Origin: Callorhinchus milii | Taxonomy: Eukaryota | Length of the DNA stretch: 64,000 nt | Reading direction: 5' to 3' | Assembly: GCF_018977255.1 (NCBI RefSeq) | Contig: NW_024704743.1 | Span: 82,462,001 to 82,526,000 of the forward strand | In this document: in pieces, positions 38,731 through 52,014 of the stretch | How positions within the stretch are numbered: the first letter of the stretch is position 1 | Layout: every line of letters begins with the position of its first letter | Translations under genes and position numbers: made by a program | The notes under the pieces: generated by a model | Told to the model about the DNA's origin: nothing | Database searches by the model: none | Seen by the model: the letters and a program-made list of their open reading frames with translations, nothing else

Positions 38731-40589
38731 TTTATCGTTAGGAAAAGGATGCCATACAGTATATGTAGCAAAAGAGTCACTTTAAAAATTGACTGTTTTC
38801 TCCATTTTAACAATAGAAGGGAATGGATAATAACCACTGCTTGCTTTGTCATGAGCAATATTACTCCCAGAAACTTAGCTTGAAATACATTTCACAATGT
38901 TCCTCAGTCAATAAATATATTATTTTCATCATGCTTCAGGAAGCCTTTCAATAGCTTATTTTTTGAAACATTAAAACATGTGCAAACATTTTATTACCCA
39001 CAACCTTAACAGGGCCTCCTCTCATGAACTAGGCAGAGAAAGGCTCAATGCCAGTGACTCACTGAAGTGCAACATAAGTCACTAGACTGCCGGACGAGCT
39101 TGTCTGCAGCCAACTCAGACCACACTCTTGGTAAAGATGTCAGATCACTTTCTGCCAAAGTTTTAAGAATTAGACTTTTCTGCAGAGAGGCAATCAAATG
39201 AACAGGGATTAGCAACTTCTGCCAAGTAATAATAATAACAAATCATTTATATGTGCAATGAGAAAACATCATTAATTCTTTTCTCATGGGTTGTTCAATT
39301 ACAGTATTGAAAAACCAGTACGACAATACACATTAATAGAGCCAAATGAAATCGTGTTTTTTTCTGACTGAACACACAACACCCTAGTGTTACAGCAAAC
39401 AGCACCAAATGATTGCTGCAATATTTGGGAAGCTGCCACACCTTCCATTTCACCTTAACCTCGATATCTCATTCTTCAGTTCACTTTTTCTAATTTTTTT
39501 AAAAAAGAACAGTCCGTAGTTAACAATGCATTAAAAGATTGCAGGAAATGAAATGGGTCTGGTACACACAACCTTGCTGTATTCACAGGCTCACCATTTA
39601 GGTTGATAGTATTGACAGTAAGTCCAATTACTGGATCCATCAGATAGTCCCTTTTTTTTAAATGCTGTGCGCAATTGGCTTCCGCGTTATGCCCACAATA
39701 TACGGTCAATTCACTTTACAGCATATTCTGTGAAGCACTTTGAGACGTCTAGAAGACGTAAAAAACACTATATCAAATGCAAGGATTATTATTATTCCCT
39801 TTTTTTTGGCGATGCTGATGTAAAATACAATGTCAGCAGTGTTAAGGGAGGAATATTGCAGCCAAGCTCTGACCAACACAGTGGATTTAAATAAAAACTC
39901 AAGATCACTCAGCTGATGTACAATATGGTAAAAATGACATCGAGTCCACACAAGTGACAGAATTTCCTTTCTCCTCATGTTGCTCCAGAAGGTCTCTTCC
40001 ACTCTGTAGGTCACAAAGTTGTGGTGTATGTTAATTAACCTTCATACAAGGTATTTCTTTTAGGTGATGATCTTCTCCAACTTCCCAAACATCCTTTCTC
40101 CACTCCCCAAATCATAAAACACAAATCAGCCTCATTCATCCAGCTTAATCTGCTGCAGTCTATTTGAAGTATCACATTTTTGGTTCTTTTATCTGATGAT
40201 TCGTTCATTTCATTGTGTGGAATGAAAACACGTTTCCACTAGATCCTAAAGTGCTGGTTTGCCTGCAAATAGTTAACTTGTATTTACAAAATGCCCTTCA
40301 CAAAGAATAATGCCTCAAAGTGCTTTACAGAGATGGAGCCGGATACCAAAGCAAGTTGAGGTTCGTGTAGGACATCAGAGGATCTGCAATTAAGGGGAAA
40401 GATAGATTTGGGTGTTATCTGTGTATATTTATAAGGTGGAAAACCAATTTAACACAATGTTACCAGGAAAGCACTAAGAATTTTCCAAGGGGCTTTACCA
40501 CATGGGGCATTAAAAGCAAAATCCCTTCAACAAACAACAAATTATATTTATATTGCACCTTTGATAGGGAGAGATGTCATGGGTTTGCT

Positions 40590-41090
40590 GCCTCACCTAC
40601 TCCAATGCCCTTCTCGCCCATCTCCCCAGCTCCTCTATTTAAAAATCCAGTTAATCTAGAACTCAGCCACCCACATATTCACCTGCACAGAACTCCATAT
40701 CCCTATTACACCAATCCTTTCCAGGCTCCACTGGCTCCCTATCACCAAATGTATTGATTTCAAGATACTCACACTCATCATCAAATCCCTTCAGGTCCTG
40801 GCACCTCCCTACCTCCCCGACCTGTTTACTTCCCAATCCACTGCCTGTCGCGTCCGCTCAACTAGCTCCAGCCTCCTGCATGTTACCTCGTGCCATCAGT
40901 ACCACCATCGGCGGCCACACTATAAGCACTACGCCCCGAAACTTGAACACTCTCCCTTCCCCATCTTCAAGTCATGCTTTTCTCTTCAATCACGCTTATG
41001 GTTACTTCCCCACCCCGTAGCTCAGCATCAGGCTTCACTGGGTGACCTGAGACTCTACCCTGGGTAAGCGGTGCCAAGTTGTTTTTGTTG
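40590..41090 (+). mobile_element. L2-clade LINE 3' fragment (old)
   Basis: Degenerate KIQLI*NSA and RLHWLPI motifs and tail remnant. Confidence 0.75.
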
Positions 41091-41642
41091 GGATAAGAGC
41101 CTGGTTACCAGATTTTGATGGTTGTCACACAACTTGTACATGCACAAACCAACTCTCCGCAATCTTCCAAATTGATAGAGTAGATACATATTCCACCAAC
41201 CCCCCCACCATTATCCACTCTGCTGTGTGCAACATAATCGCTGTCTTGGTGAATGAGTGGGCATAAACTGGAGGAAAGTTCTTGGAACACTTTGCCCAGC
41301 CTGCCAAGTGTTTCAAAACTTCTTAAGAGATTGTGTGCATGTATATATATATATGGGAGGGGGGCAGTGTTTGTCAAAGATATACTAAACCCTGATGCAT
41401 ATGGAGCCATGTAAAGCGAGAGCTAATGTCCCAGTCACAAAATGCAGCAGATAGTGATGGGAGTGAGTAGATAGATGATGGTTCCTGCTGAACTATTGCA
41501 AGGCATCCGGTGGCAGACTGCATAAAATACATTTTAACACTCATGGTTGGCCTTTCTTTCTTGAAAGGAATCAGTCTTAAAACTTGAAAAAGAGGCAGAC
41601 TTTTAACTAATCCAAGGTAGATTATCACCAATAAAGGTCATT

Positions 41643-41850
41643 ACATAGAATATACAGCACAGAAACGGGCCATTCGGCCCCAAATGGTCTATGCCGGCGT
41701 TTATGCTCAACATGAGCCTCCTCGTCTTCCTCAACTAAGCCTATCAACATAAGCTTCTACACTTTCTCTCTAATGTGCTTATCTAGCTTTCCCTTAAATG
41801 CATCTATGCTATTCGCCTCAACTACTAAATGTGGCAGCAAATTCCATTCT
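41643..41850 (-). mobile_element. CR1-clade LINE 3' end
   Basis: CATAGAATATACAGCACAGAAACGGGCCATTCGGCCC is the reverse complement of the CR1 tail. Confidence 0.8.
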
Positions 41851-42007
41851 GTATAAATCATTCCACAATAGTCATCAGTTAAATGGTACCTTAACGCAGA
41901 GAATTGACAAGCCAACATTCCAGATCATTTTAAGGCACTTAAAACTGTCAGAATAAATCTCATGAGACATGAGAAGACAGCTTATATTTACACAGGAAAT
42001 TTATTCA

Positions 42008-42838
42008 AAAACAACTTGCATTTCTATAGCGCCCTTCACGTGAGGTAGTGTCCCGGAGCGAGAACTGCTGTGATGGGGGCATGGAGTTTCGTGTGGTGAG
42101 TGTCCAGGCGGTGGTGTTTTTAATTAATTGGATTTTATGGATGATGGAGCTGGGGAGACCAGGGATGAGGTCATTGGAATAGTCCAGCTGGGAAATGACG
42201 AAGACATGGATATGGTTTTCAGGTGCATCGGTTGTGAGGTACGAATGGAGGTGGACAATGTGACATAGGTGGGAAAAAGCGGTCGGTCAGGGAATGAAAT
42301 GTGTGGTAGAAAGGAAAGCTGAGAATCAAACCTGATGTCTAAGTTTGCATGGGTTCGTTCGGAGAGTCTGAGGCACAGTCTGGGGAGGTTGGAGTTCAGA
42401 ACTGCAGGAGAGAAGACATTGATGGGAGCCAGAGTATGGCTTCCGTCCTGCCAGCATTCAGCCACAGGAAATTTGCGCTTATCCAAGCCTTGATATCCAT
42501 CAAACAAGCTGACAGGACATCAGCAGACTGGAAGTCGCAACTTGAGTAGATTTGGGTGTCATCTGCATACATGTAGAAGTTCACCCCATGTCTGCGGATG
42601 ACATCGCCGAGGGAGTGTCAATGATGAAAAGGGGTCAAGGATGGATCCCTGGGATACCCCGCAGGTGACCGGGCGGGTGAGAGGAAAAACCATTCACCTA
42701 GATGAAGTGCTGGCGGTTGGTTAATTAGGATTCCAATGCGAGTGCGGTCCCACTAAGGTGGATGAGGTAGAAGAGGCGGTGGAGGAGGATGGCATGGTCG
42801 ACTGTGTCAAACGCAGCGGAGAGGTCCAGGAGGCAGAA
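42008..42838 (-). mobile_element. L2-clade LINE RT fragment
   Basis: [32 protein letters not shown] and reverse-complement tail. Confidence 0.88.
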
Positions 42839-43779
42839 AATCAGTGGCAGTAATTTCAAGGGTATAGATTTAAAACATACTTAAAATGAAGTCTGGTCTT
42901 ATTTTGCCTGAAATGAACGAAGTACTGGAATTCATTAGGCTCATGATAGGATTTTCATAAATAACTGATATTTTCCAGTAAGTTTATGCATAATTCACTT
43001 TTACAGGTAGATAGGTTGACACACGAGACTGAACATTTATAGTTTGCTTCATATAAGAAGCTTCTACTTTAGTTTCCAATTTTTGACTAAATTTCATCTT
43101 CCAGACAACAAAATGATTACTTTATGGTTTCAATACGTTGTCCATTCAAGTGTGAATTATTTTAAGTGTGAATCTATATCAAATGCAAATTTATTTAAAC
43201 TTGGTGGTTATTATAACTAAAATAAGATCAATCTTGTTATGTCTTGGAGTCAGATGTAGATCCAGAATGGAAATGCCGGATGATTTAGTTTTATTTCCAT
43301 CCCTAGCCCACAGGCACGAGGGTCAATTGTACCACCTAGTGTGTTCCCACAACTGATTTTCTGAGCAGTTTTTCCTAGCAGCACCTCAATATCCACTGAG
43401 GTTTTTCTTTTGCATCCTAGTCTATAAAGGATGTATCCTGGCCAGCACCTGACAAGTGATCCACATTCCTAACCAAGTTTCTAAAATTCCATTAGCGGAA
43501 AAATCTTGCAAAGTTCAAAAATGATTAACTCAAAGTAATCCAGGATAGCATGATTGCAAAGTGGATAGATACATAAAGTCGCTCAATGAATTCAACCAAA
43601 GTCTGCTGAGAGGCTATAAATATTTGGGCTCCTTTCCACTGAATTGAAGGGCCCAATGGGTTTCCTCAACGTCAGATTGAAACTTAGCCAACCTTGATGT
43701 GGCCATGTAGCACTTGTTAGAATTCAATTCATGGCACATAATATATATCAAATCAGCTAGACACATGGGTCCATTTTTC

Positions 43780-45834
43780 CATTTATAAATTAAACATCTT
43801 GAGCCAAGTGGTTCGGGGACTTTTTGGATTTGATACAGAATTTAAAAAAACAATTCAAAATATACACAAATTGTTTGTATTTATAACAATTTAATTGAAT
43901 GCAAATATAGTTACAACTATTTAACAGTACAAAATAGAAAAAAAGCATGTTAATGCAATGTAGACACTTAATAGCTTCTACAAAAGGCTTTCTATGCAAT
44001 ACTCTTCAAAAAAAATGTAATTGGTAGCAGTTACTGGTCCCTACTCTGCATTTGATCAAGTGACTTGCACTGCCTCAACAGGATCATATTCAATTTGACA
44101 GGGAGGTTTTACGGAGCACTTTGTCCTGAAGAGATGCTTATAGTTCTAAATGGTTACTCTGATTCCAGAATGATACTTCAACCAATTAATTAGATTATGC
44201 TTCAATCAGGTTGGCATATTTATGGCGGTAAAACATTGATTGAAACAGCAACACATTTGTTTGAAATTGTAGTGTATTAATATTTGGGGGTACTTCTGTA
44301 GGTGGAATGTGAGTATCAGAGCCATATTCCAGCTTCAACTGACTACCCACATGCGATTCTTAAATGGCTATGAGAACAAACACAACTGAGTTCCAACTTG
44401 CAGCATTGGGGGGGAAGAGACAATAAGGAAGAGTAAACATGGATTCAGGCAGGCAAAAAACAAAACATAACTTGTTAGCTATAAGAGCAGCATTGCTATC
44501 TTTGGAGAAAGCTGAAACAGACAATTCCATCCTCTTGCCAACATCTTTTAGAGGAATGATAGGATGCTTTACATGCATCAAACACTGCAGTGTGCTTGCT
44601 ATACTCAATACACCTGCAAAGGAGAACTTAAGTAACTTACTATGGTGCATTCTCTTTTTTTTTAAAAAATAATGCACTGGATATAATTCTTTCCCCAACA
44701 GTCTCCAATTTCTTCATGTTACAGAAAGGTTTGTTTTAAACCTTCCAAATAATTCTAAGAAACTATTTGGTTTCAGACTAGCTACAAGTCCTTGTTCACA
44801 CATTCTGGAGATGGCAGACATTTACATATTGGATGCAACCTGTAGCAAAGAATCCTAACAGATTAATAGAAATACTTTGCATACAACCCCCCCACAAATG
44901 TGTGCTGGTAACAATGTACAAGTAACATAACTCAGCACACAAACTATTTTTTAAACAATTGCTGAGAACGTATTTATTCTTAGACAGCAGTGGAAATGAT
45001 GCAGAATGCTGTAGTCCACAGTTAAATAATTACTTTTTTCCTGTCTTTTGATGGCAAAGCAAGTTTTAGTAGTATTCAATGTTTCATAATAAAACCAAGC
45101 CTTTATCAGACTTTAAGCAAACTTTAATTAAAAAGGTCTGCTGAATACTTTCAATAAGGTTCTTTACTTTTAACAAGTTATTTTGTCAAACATTTTTTTT
45201 TAAAAAAGCAGTTACAGACTTTGATCTGCCACAAAGTTATATGAAAAGGCTGGCGCAGTAACATGTTGGAAACTTACATTTGGATTGTAAAAATGTGTTT
45301 TAAGACAAAACCTTGTTAGGTGCGACCACTGACAGATAAATAACTTCAGTAGACAAAACCATTTGTTCAAATTTTGGCCACAAATTAAAGCCTCCCTGCA
45401 CTTAACACCGGACAAATGTCTGATCAGGCAGGTATGCATTTACATTCATAAAGCAACAATAAAGAAAACTGCCAATCGACATGTCTCTTTCTTATATTAA
45501 TTAAAGGAACTTTTATATCTATTACTTCAGAATGATGAGGATGTATGGTTTACCTCTAAAAACTTATTTTAATCTTTCTACAATTACAAAAATATTGCAG
45601 TTATCAAACTAACGTTACAAAAGTTTTCATCTTCTGTAATATTTACAATATTTGATCAAAAAATATTGGTATTGATCAACAAAAAATTCTGCAATACTGG
45701 ACAAGCTAATTTTACATTTGTTTCAACAAGCAAACTTTAGAAACCCAAAACACTCCCAAACAAAGTGCTTGGAAAAAAACTAACGTGAAGCCTGAGAAAA
45801 AACTATTTGCAAGTATACACGTCAACCTAAAGCT
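43780..45834 (-). other. ATAD2: Probable ATAD2 3'UTR
   Basis: Repeat-free AU-rich sequence after the stop, with a minus-strand AATAAA at 44973-44978 and an ATTAAA near 43890. The true 3' end is uncertain. Confidence 0.5.
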
Positions 45835-45873
45835 TCAAGATGGATTGAACTTGTCCACTTCTCTCGCCATTTC
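45835..45873 (-). CDS. ATAD2: ATAD2 last coding exon (EMAREVDKFNPS*)
   Basis: ctcatag|GAA ATG..TCT TGA; a short terminal peptide typical of ATAD2. Confidence 0.9.
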   Translation of the reverse strand, partial: EMAREVDKFNPS

Positions 45874-46789
45874 CTATGAGATGAAGATGAGAAAAAGAAT
45901 ATCAGTCATATTTAAACGTATAAGATAAAATGTATTTGTTACAGGATATCCAAACATTTGCTAATTCATTTTATTCGAGTTTATTCCACTACTTCGTAAA
46001 GAGAGGGGAAATTAAAAACATGGAGTAATAATAATCTTTGCACTTGATATTGTGCCTGATCATTAAGTGCTCAAAGCATTTCATAGAACAAACTGTAAAG
46101 TGGTGAGACTATGTGTCCTTTGTGGGCAAACATGGCAGCCAATTTACACACAGCAACATCTCATAAACAGCCACAAAGTGAATGATTAATTTTATTTGAC
46201 CAAAGTTTAAAAAAAGTACATTTGATAACAGACTACTTCAATAAAGATTACATTAAGGCTTGCAGAAACTTGCCACTCAGATCTCAAATCCAGAGGTGCA
46301 CCAGTGATGTATAACTGATACACAGCACCACCAGAAAGCGTCATTTAGATCTTGCTTGCTGCAAGCCACAGGGAATTTGCTGACTGACTTGTTCATTGAC
46401 AGGGCATGAGATGTCCCTAGAATCAAATCTGTTTCTTGGATAGGAAGAGCGTGGCAATGCCAATGGATTTTAGAGAATTATTGAACCAGAGTTGTGCCTA
46501 CAATTATCCGCAAACTCCAGCTTTGATCTTAATCATGCTACTGGATGGAAGCCAATGACTCCCTTTAGGGGCAGAGAGAGAAAAAAATACTGTACAGACA
46601 CTCTGTAAAAAGGAACATTGAACCATCCAAATCAATTACTTGTGCAATTTTCTGGAATACCATTATTAGTCAATTTAACCATCTTGCCCAATTTCAATTA
46701 CTACTTGGCCAATTCTAGATCAACACATTTAAAGCCTTATATCAATAATGAAAGCACAAAAAATTATTCAAATTTAAAAGGTTACGTAC

Positions 46790-46918
46790 CTGTACTAACA
46801 TGGTCTTGTCAAATGCCTTGCGATGACAATAGATGCACTGACTGAGAATTGCATACAGCTTTTCAAGTTGAATTATATTGAATTGCTTACTTTTCTCAAT
46901 AACCAATTTCAAAATACT
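46790..46918 (-). CDS. ATAD2: ATAD2 exon, C-terminal domain (SILKLVIEKSKQFNIIQLEKLYAILSQCIYCHRKAFDKTMLVQ)
   Basis: cccacag|AGT..CAG|gtacgt; 129 nt. Confidence 0.94.
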
Positions 46919-47132
46919 CTGTGGGTGAACCATATTCAAGAACACAATTAGTCTCCGGGAAAAAATCCACATTCATAAAATACCACAGCAAAACTGATCT
47001 GATTCAAGGAGTTCAAGAAATAAAACTATGGAAAAACAACCATGTATACTGTAGGAAGCTTCCTGTGAATAGCACAAGTTCAACAGCACCTAGAAAGTGA
47101 TGTCAGGTGCAACCTAATGATCAAGGATGTTG

Positions 47133-47317
47133 AACAAAACACAAAATACTGTAGATGCTGGAAATCTGAAACAAAAAGAGAGCGCTGGGAAAACTAAGAA
47201 GGTCAGGCAGCATCTATGGAGAAAGGAAAGTGAGTCAACGTTTCAGGTCCACGACGTTTCGTCAGAACACAAGGCTTCCTGACCTGCTGAGTTTTCCCAA
47301 CTCTCTGTTTTTGTTTT
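47133..47317 (-). mobile_element. Short non-autonomous Penelope-derived fold-back element with 15-bp target-site duplication
   Basis: Flanked by TGATCAAGGATGTTG at 47118-47132 and 47318-47332. It has ~44-bp imperfect inverted arms and shares ~50 identical nt with 12549-12600. Confidence 0.85.
47233..47268 (-). ncRNA. Minimal type I hammerhead-ribozyme-like motif
   Basis: Minus strand GTT-CTGACGA-AACGTC-GTG-GACCT-GAAAC-GTT-GAC: both catalytic boxes intact, imperfect stem II, palindromic ACGT stem III with no loop. Confidence 0.55.
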
Positions 47318-47409
47318 TGATCAAGGATGTTGGCTGTTTATAGCGCAGGAAACTGGCCAAGCTCATGCACGTATGTTCTGTATGTTGATGGCTGTCCTAG
47401 ATTGCACCC

Positions 47410-47897
47410 AGTTCCTCCCTACCAACCTGCTCGCTCCCTCCGTTCATCAGGCTCCGGCCTACTCCATGTCTCCCGCCCAACTCGCCCTACCATCGGTGGC
47501 CAGGCTTTCAGCCTCTCTGCCCCCACACTATGGACCTCCATCCCGCAGTCCCTTCACCTCGCTTGCTCCCTGGCCTCCCTCAAGGCCGGTCTCAAGACCC
47601 TCCTCTTCGACTGTGCCTTTGGTCTCCCTTCCACGTCTCTGCCATCCCTCACCCCAAACCACCCCTCCCCCATACTCGGGCTCCAACACCTGACTGTTCA
47701 GCGCTTCGGGACGTCCTCCCGACGTGAAAGGCGCTCTATAAATGTAATTTTGTTGTTGGCTAGAATTTTTTTGATCTCCTTACTGTATAAAACGATGATT
47801 ATAAAATAGTAATGGTGATCGCATCATGCTCGCCACTGTCAAGTGCTCTGGGACGCGACCCTGTGAGGGGCGCTGTATAAATGCAAGTTGTTGTTGT
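47410..47897 (+). mobile_element. Two L2-clade LINE 3' ends in tandem
   Basis: PARSLRSSGSGLL..AFSLSAPTLW with a tail at 47699-47758; a second tail type at 47840-47897. Confidence 0.88.
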
Positions 47898-48679
47898 TTA
47901 TAAGTTTGGTGGTTGGGGCAGGATGGCCTAGATTTGCTTCCATCAGTATAGTTCTTTGGAGCTCCCAACTCTCATAGAGGCCGAGGAGAAATCTATCCAT
48001 TGAAAATTAAGCACATGAACATAGTTCAACAATTAATTTTATTTCCCAACATTATAAAAACCCTTGGATGGTTCAATGGGCTTGCTTAAGAACATTTGAG
48101 GGACTTTTTTTTTTGAGTGGGAGCCAAATCAATTTGTGCCACCTGCATTTGTATTGCAACCGTGCATTTCAATAGTCTTGGCAAAAACTGTACAAGATAG
48201 ACTTGCCAATGCCTTAAAACTGAAATTAAACTGGATATCTTGTAGCAAATGGATATATATAAAAAGGTGTATCTGGAAATCATGGAATATATACAATGCA
48301 GCTGATGTAGCAGACACGTGATTAATAAATGACATTTCCTCAGCATCAACTTCATTACATTTAAAATTCAGAAGCTGTTCAAATGTAAGCTGTTTACTAG
48401 GAAGGGCTCTAGTTTACAGAAATTCAATTCTGCAATGTTGCAGAATTGTAAAGCCACACCCCCACAACCTTTTAGTGAGTCAGGGATTTATTAAGAGTTA
48501 TGTACATATTTAAAAAAGAGTGAAAATTAGTGGTGTTTTGATGGAAAGAGAAAAAAGATATTTTGCATAAAGGCTCTAAGTTTAGATAAACATAGGAACA
48601 AAAGCATTTTTCTTTAAAAAAATAAGAAAGCAATTTCAAAACAGAATGATAGAATATCCTCCTCCATAATATGACATAC

Positions 48680-48810
48680 CTTTAGCCTCTCATGGTCTAT
48701 AATTAAAGGTGGGGTAGGTTCAGATAAGATCTCCATTGCTTTCTCAACATGAATGTGTTGTTCCACTTGGTCACGTCTGTTGCGGGTCATCCGCAAAATT
48801 GAAAGTTTGT
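48680..48810 (-). CDS. ATAD2: ATAD2 exon (KLSILRMTRNRRDQVEQ..IIDHERLK)
   Basis: ccgtag|ACA..AAG|gtatgt; 131 nt. Confidence 0.92.
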
Positions 48811-49169
48811 CTACGGAGGGAAATACAAGAAAAGGTCTTCACAATGTGCAGTCCAGCTTTTCTATCACCTAATTGAAGACTCTCAGTGATTACCATAGCA
48901 TTCATTGTGGAAATATATATACACTTAAATCCTGGTTGGCTGGATTAATTGGGGGGGGGGGGAATCAAATATCATCAGTAAGTGCCAGTACTGGCACTGT
49001 AATCATCTGAATCCCAGGAGAAGGTAGCTTGTTTGCTAACTGATTTGAAGTTGATTTCCCTGGCCACTGTGAAGGCCAGCAACTTGGCGCAGCTGCTCAG
49101 TGCTCGGAGTGTTGGGCCGATGGGAGTCTACCCACTATGGAAATTTGTGGTCCGCAGAAATCTTTAGCT

Positions 49170-49243
49170 TTTCAGTTTCGGGCCTAGTCCGGCTAGGCTG
49201 GAATTCCAGATACCCGGAATCCAGTAAGCCGGGGTTTACTGTA
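49170..49243. mobile_element. Tigger/pogo-like terminal inverted repeat (one end only)
   Basis: ..CCAGTAAGCCGGGGTTTACTG followed by TA, preceded by subterminal CCGG/CTGG repeats; no matching other end found. Confidence 0.45.
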
Positions 49244-50283
49244 CCCTGCATTTACTGGGATAAGAGTTAATCATAAACAGAATAGGTGCAGCTTAAACTA
49301 ATAAAATGTAGTCAAAACGTTATAGCATAGTACTAGGTCATTCATCTCATCAATTCTGTACCCGTGTTTCTCTCCACATGAGCCTATCTAATACTAGTTT
49401 CCTGCTCACTCTTCTTTATCATTTAATATTACTTCTCTACATGACTAACTCATGTAGAACTGGCTTCCTTGAAGGGAAGGGAAAAATGCAACAGGCTTTT
49501 CATGGATTTGATTTGGGGACATCCCCATGACGCAACTGCAACAATGTACATTTATACAACATTCTTCACTATGGGGAATATATAGTGGGAATTGGTGATA
49601 CCTTATCTAAGCATACATAAAGCCATTTTGGTAATATAATAATTCATGCATTTTATATAGCGCTTTATCACGTCTTCGAGACGTCTCAAAGCGCTACACA
49701 GGATATACTGTAAATTGTAGTGACTGTATATTTTGTGGACGAAACACGGTTTATACATTTATGTTTGTATTTAAGTACATCATCAGGTTTAACTGCCCAT
49801 ATTCAAATACATAGGTAGCTGCAAATAAACAAACTTTGAACACTCCCATAAACATCAAAGAGCAGGTAAATCAGATTATTTTAGCAAATAATTTGTCTGC
49901 GACAAATCTCTCCAGTTTCAAAACATTAACAAACTTCATCCAACGCATGAATTTATCATTGGGTTGGTCCACTCATTTGATATACATATCCAATACTTTG
50001 AATATGCATCTTTCATTTACAACCATTAATTAATTAAGTGTAAAATTTATCATTCCGACTAACAATATAACACAGAATTTCCTCCTCTTCCCTTTGGAAG
50101 TCATTTGACACTATCCAAGATCTCCAGCCAAGGCAAGAACTGACCCCAGCCAATATTTTTGTAACATTTTGCAACAGACATGGATTTTACTATAATAAGT
50201 ACACAACTGTTTCACTTAACTCTCAAAATACCTTACAAAAACATTTACATAGGCATGATAGCCATGCCCTTCTATATACACAC

Positions 50284-50748
50284 TTGTAGAATGATGTTCT
50301 GTATCTCCCTTTCTTTCCTGGTGTTTATTTGTTTTAATTCCCTGTTTTTTAGTAGAATCTCCATTACCCAGTTCACTTTCTTCTTTTTTTGCTTGATCAG
50401 GAGAAATGGTCTTCTTGCCCACAATTTCACCTGCATCCATCAGTGCATTATCAGTCTGTGCTTCCATTATCACATCAGTTTGCACAGGCTCCACTTCCTC
50501 AGCCAGCCTGTGCTTTACATCATTTGGTTCGCTATTGAGAAGCTGTTCTTGCTCAGTTTCTATGGAAGAATCACCATTGTAGTCTAATTCAGTCTGATCG
50601 AGACTTGAATCATTGCACTTTTCTACCCCGTTACTGGCCTCTTCGCTATCATCTTCCTCGTATATGACCCTCTGTGGAGGTTTTTTGCGCTTGAATATGA
50701 TGCCACGATCCCATCGCCTGGTTCTCCGATACTTTTTCTTTGAATAGC
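50284..50748 (-). CDS. ATAD2: ATAD2 large disordered exon (GYSKKKYRRTRRWDRGIIFKRKK..EHHST)
   Basis: The acceptor gtcctag|GC is clear, followed by a basic NLS-like stretch and an acidic linker. The donor (ACAA|gtgtgt) was chosen because the next exon needs phase 1, so this boundary is uncertain. Confidence 0.75.
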
Positions 50749-52014
50749 CTAGGACATAACAAACAAGAAAAATAAAAGCATTATGGCATTTCAAAACAAC
50801 CTACTCAGTGATGTAGATTCTGGGAAAAGTCTATAAATAAAACATTCTCATCTACACCAAATCCAACATGTTACTTGAACAAGGACAGTTTCAGTTCTCT
50901 CTCTATATCCCTTTTCCTCTCCTGAAGGACCCAGGGTACCAGTAAATTGTCCAAATGGTCATTCTTCCTGAGGCCAGATAATAAGAAGCAATAGGCTATT
51001 TAATCTGGGCATCAAAGCCAAACATTCCTGAAACTCACCAGATGACCACTGTCCAGCAAGGCATCACTGAATAAGGATCAAAAACAGAAACCCTGGTTCA
51101 TGGATATTTGTTGTCATCACCCTACGACCACTACAGCTAAAAATAGTGAACCAAATAGAACGGAAATAAAACCCAGGACTTTTGAGTCTCTAAGGCTCAG
51201 TTTCATACAAATCAGTGGTTTTACTTATTGAACCATTGATATTTAGTTCCCAGGATATTTAGTTAACCAATTAAGACATTACAATAAGGTCTTAATTACA
51301 TTTTGGGTTAATATAGTCAAACAGATATGATTACTAACAGCAGTCATATATGGGACAAGTGCAGCAAGTCCATTCACCTCCGTCCCGGAACTGGATTGAC
51401 AATGTCCAGATTGAAATCTGGAATGAAGAGACAGGCGAATGGTCCAATGAGACTATTTTAGCTGTATTACAGTAATTTAGCTCCCATGTTAACTTATTTT
51501 TGAGATTCAACTTCGAAGATCAGTCAAAATATCTAAAAAAAAATTTTTTTTAATTGAAAATATTGGATTTTTTAAAAAATCCTTGAAACTGTAAATGCCT
51601 TCAGAACAGTCTGGACTTGACTTGCAAATACTTGCATCAGTTATTTTGTTTGTTCAGACTGAATAAATGTGATTTCAATTCACCATCATTTAAATTATTG
51701 ATTTTATTCTAAAAATCGTGCAGATGTTTTGGTCAGTATTACCTGCCTTGAAATTCTAAACATTCACACTAGTAAGTTATTTTTTGCTGTCCTGCAAAAT
51801 CTTTTGAATATTTCACATTTCATCATGTTATTCCACAGAATAGGAGATTTTCTAATTCTCCACCAGGAGGCAAAAATCACAGATAGACATAACCTCTTGT
51901 CTGACTGAATAAAGTATGGTAGCAAACTGAGAAAGGTGGTAAATTAAAAATGAGACACAGAAAATAAACCTTGAAGATTTTAACAGTAGGAAATGAATAT
52001 TTTTGACCACTCAC

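Noticed and set aside
41105..41410. Two overlapping minus-strand ORFs with exon-like AG/GT ends
   Set aside because: No recognisable domain and no phase-compatible partner exons.
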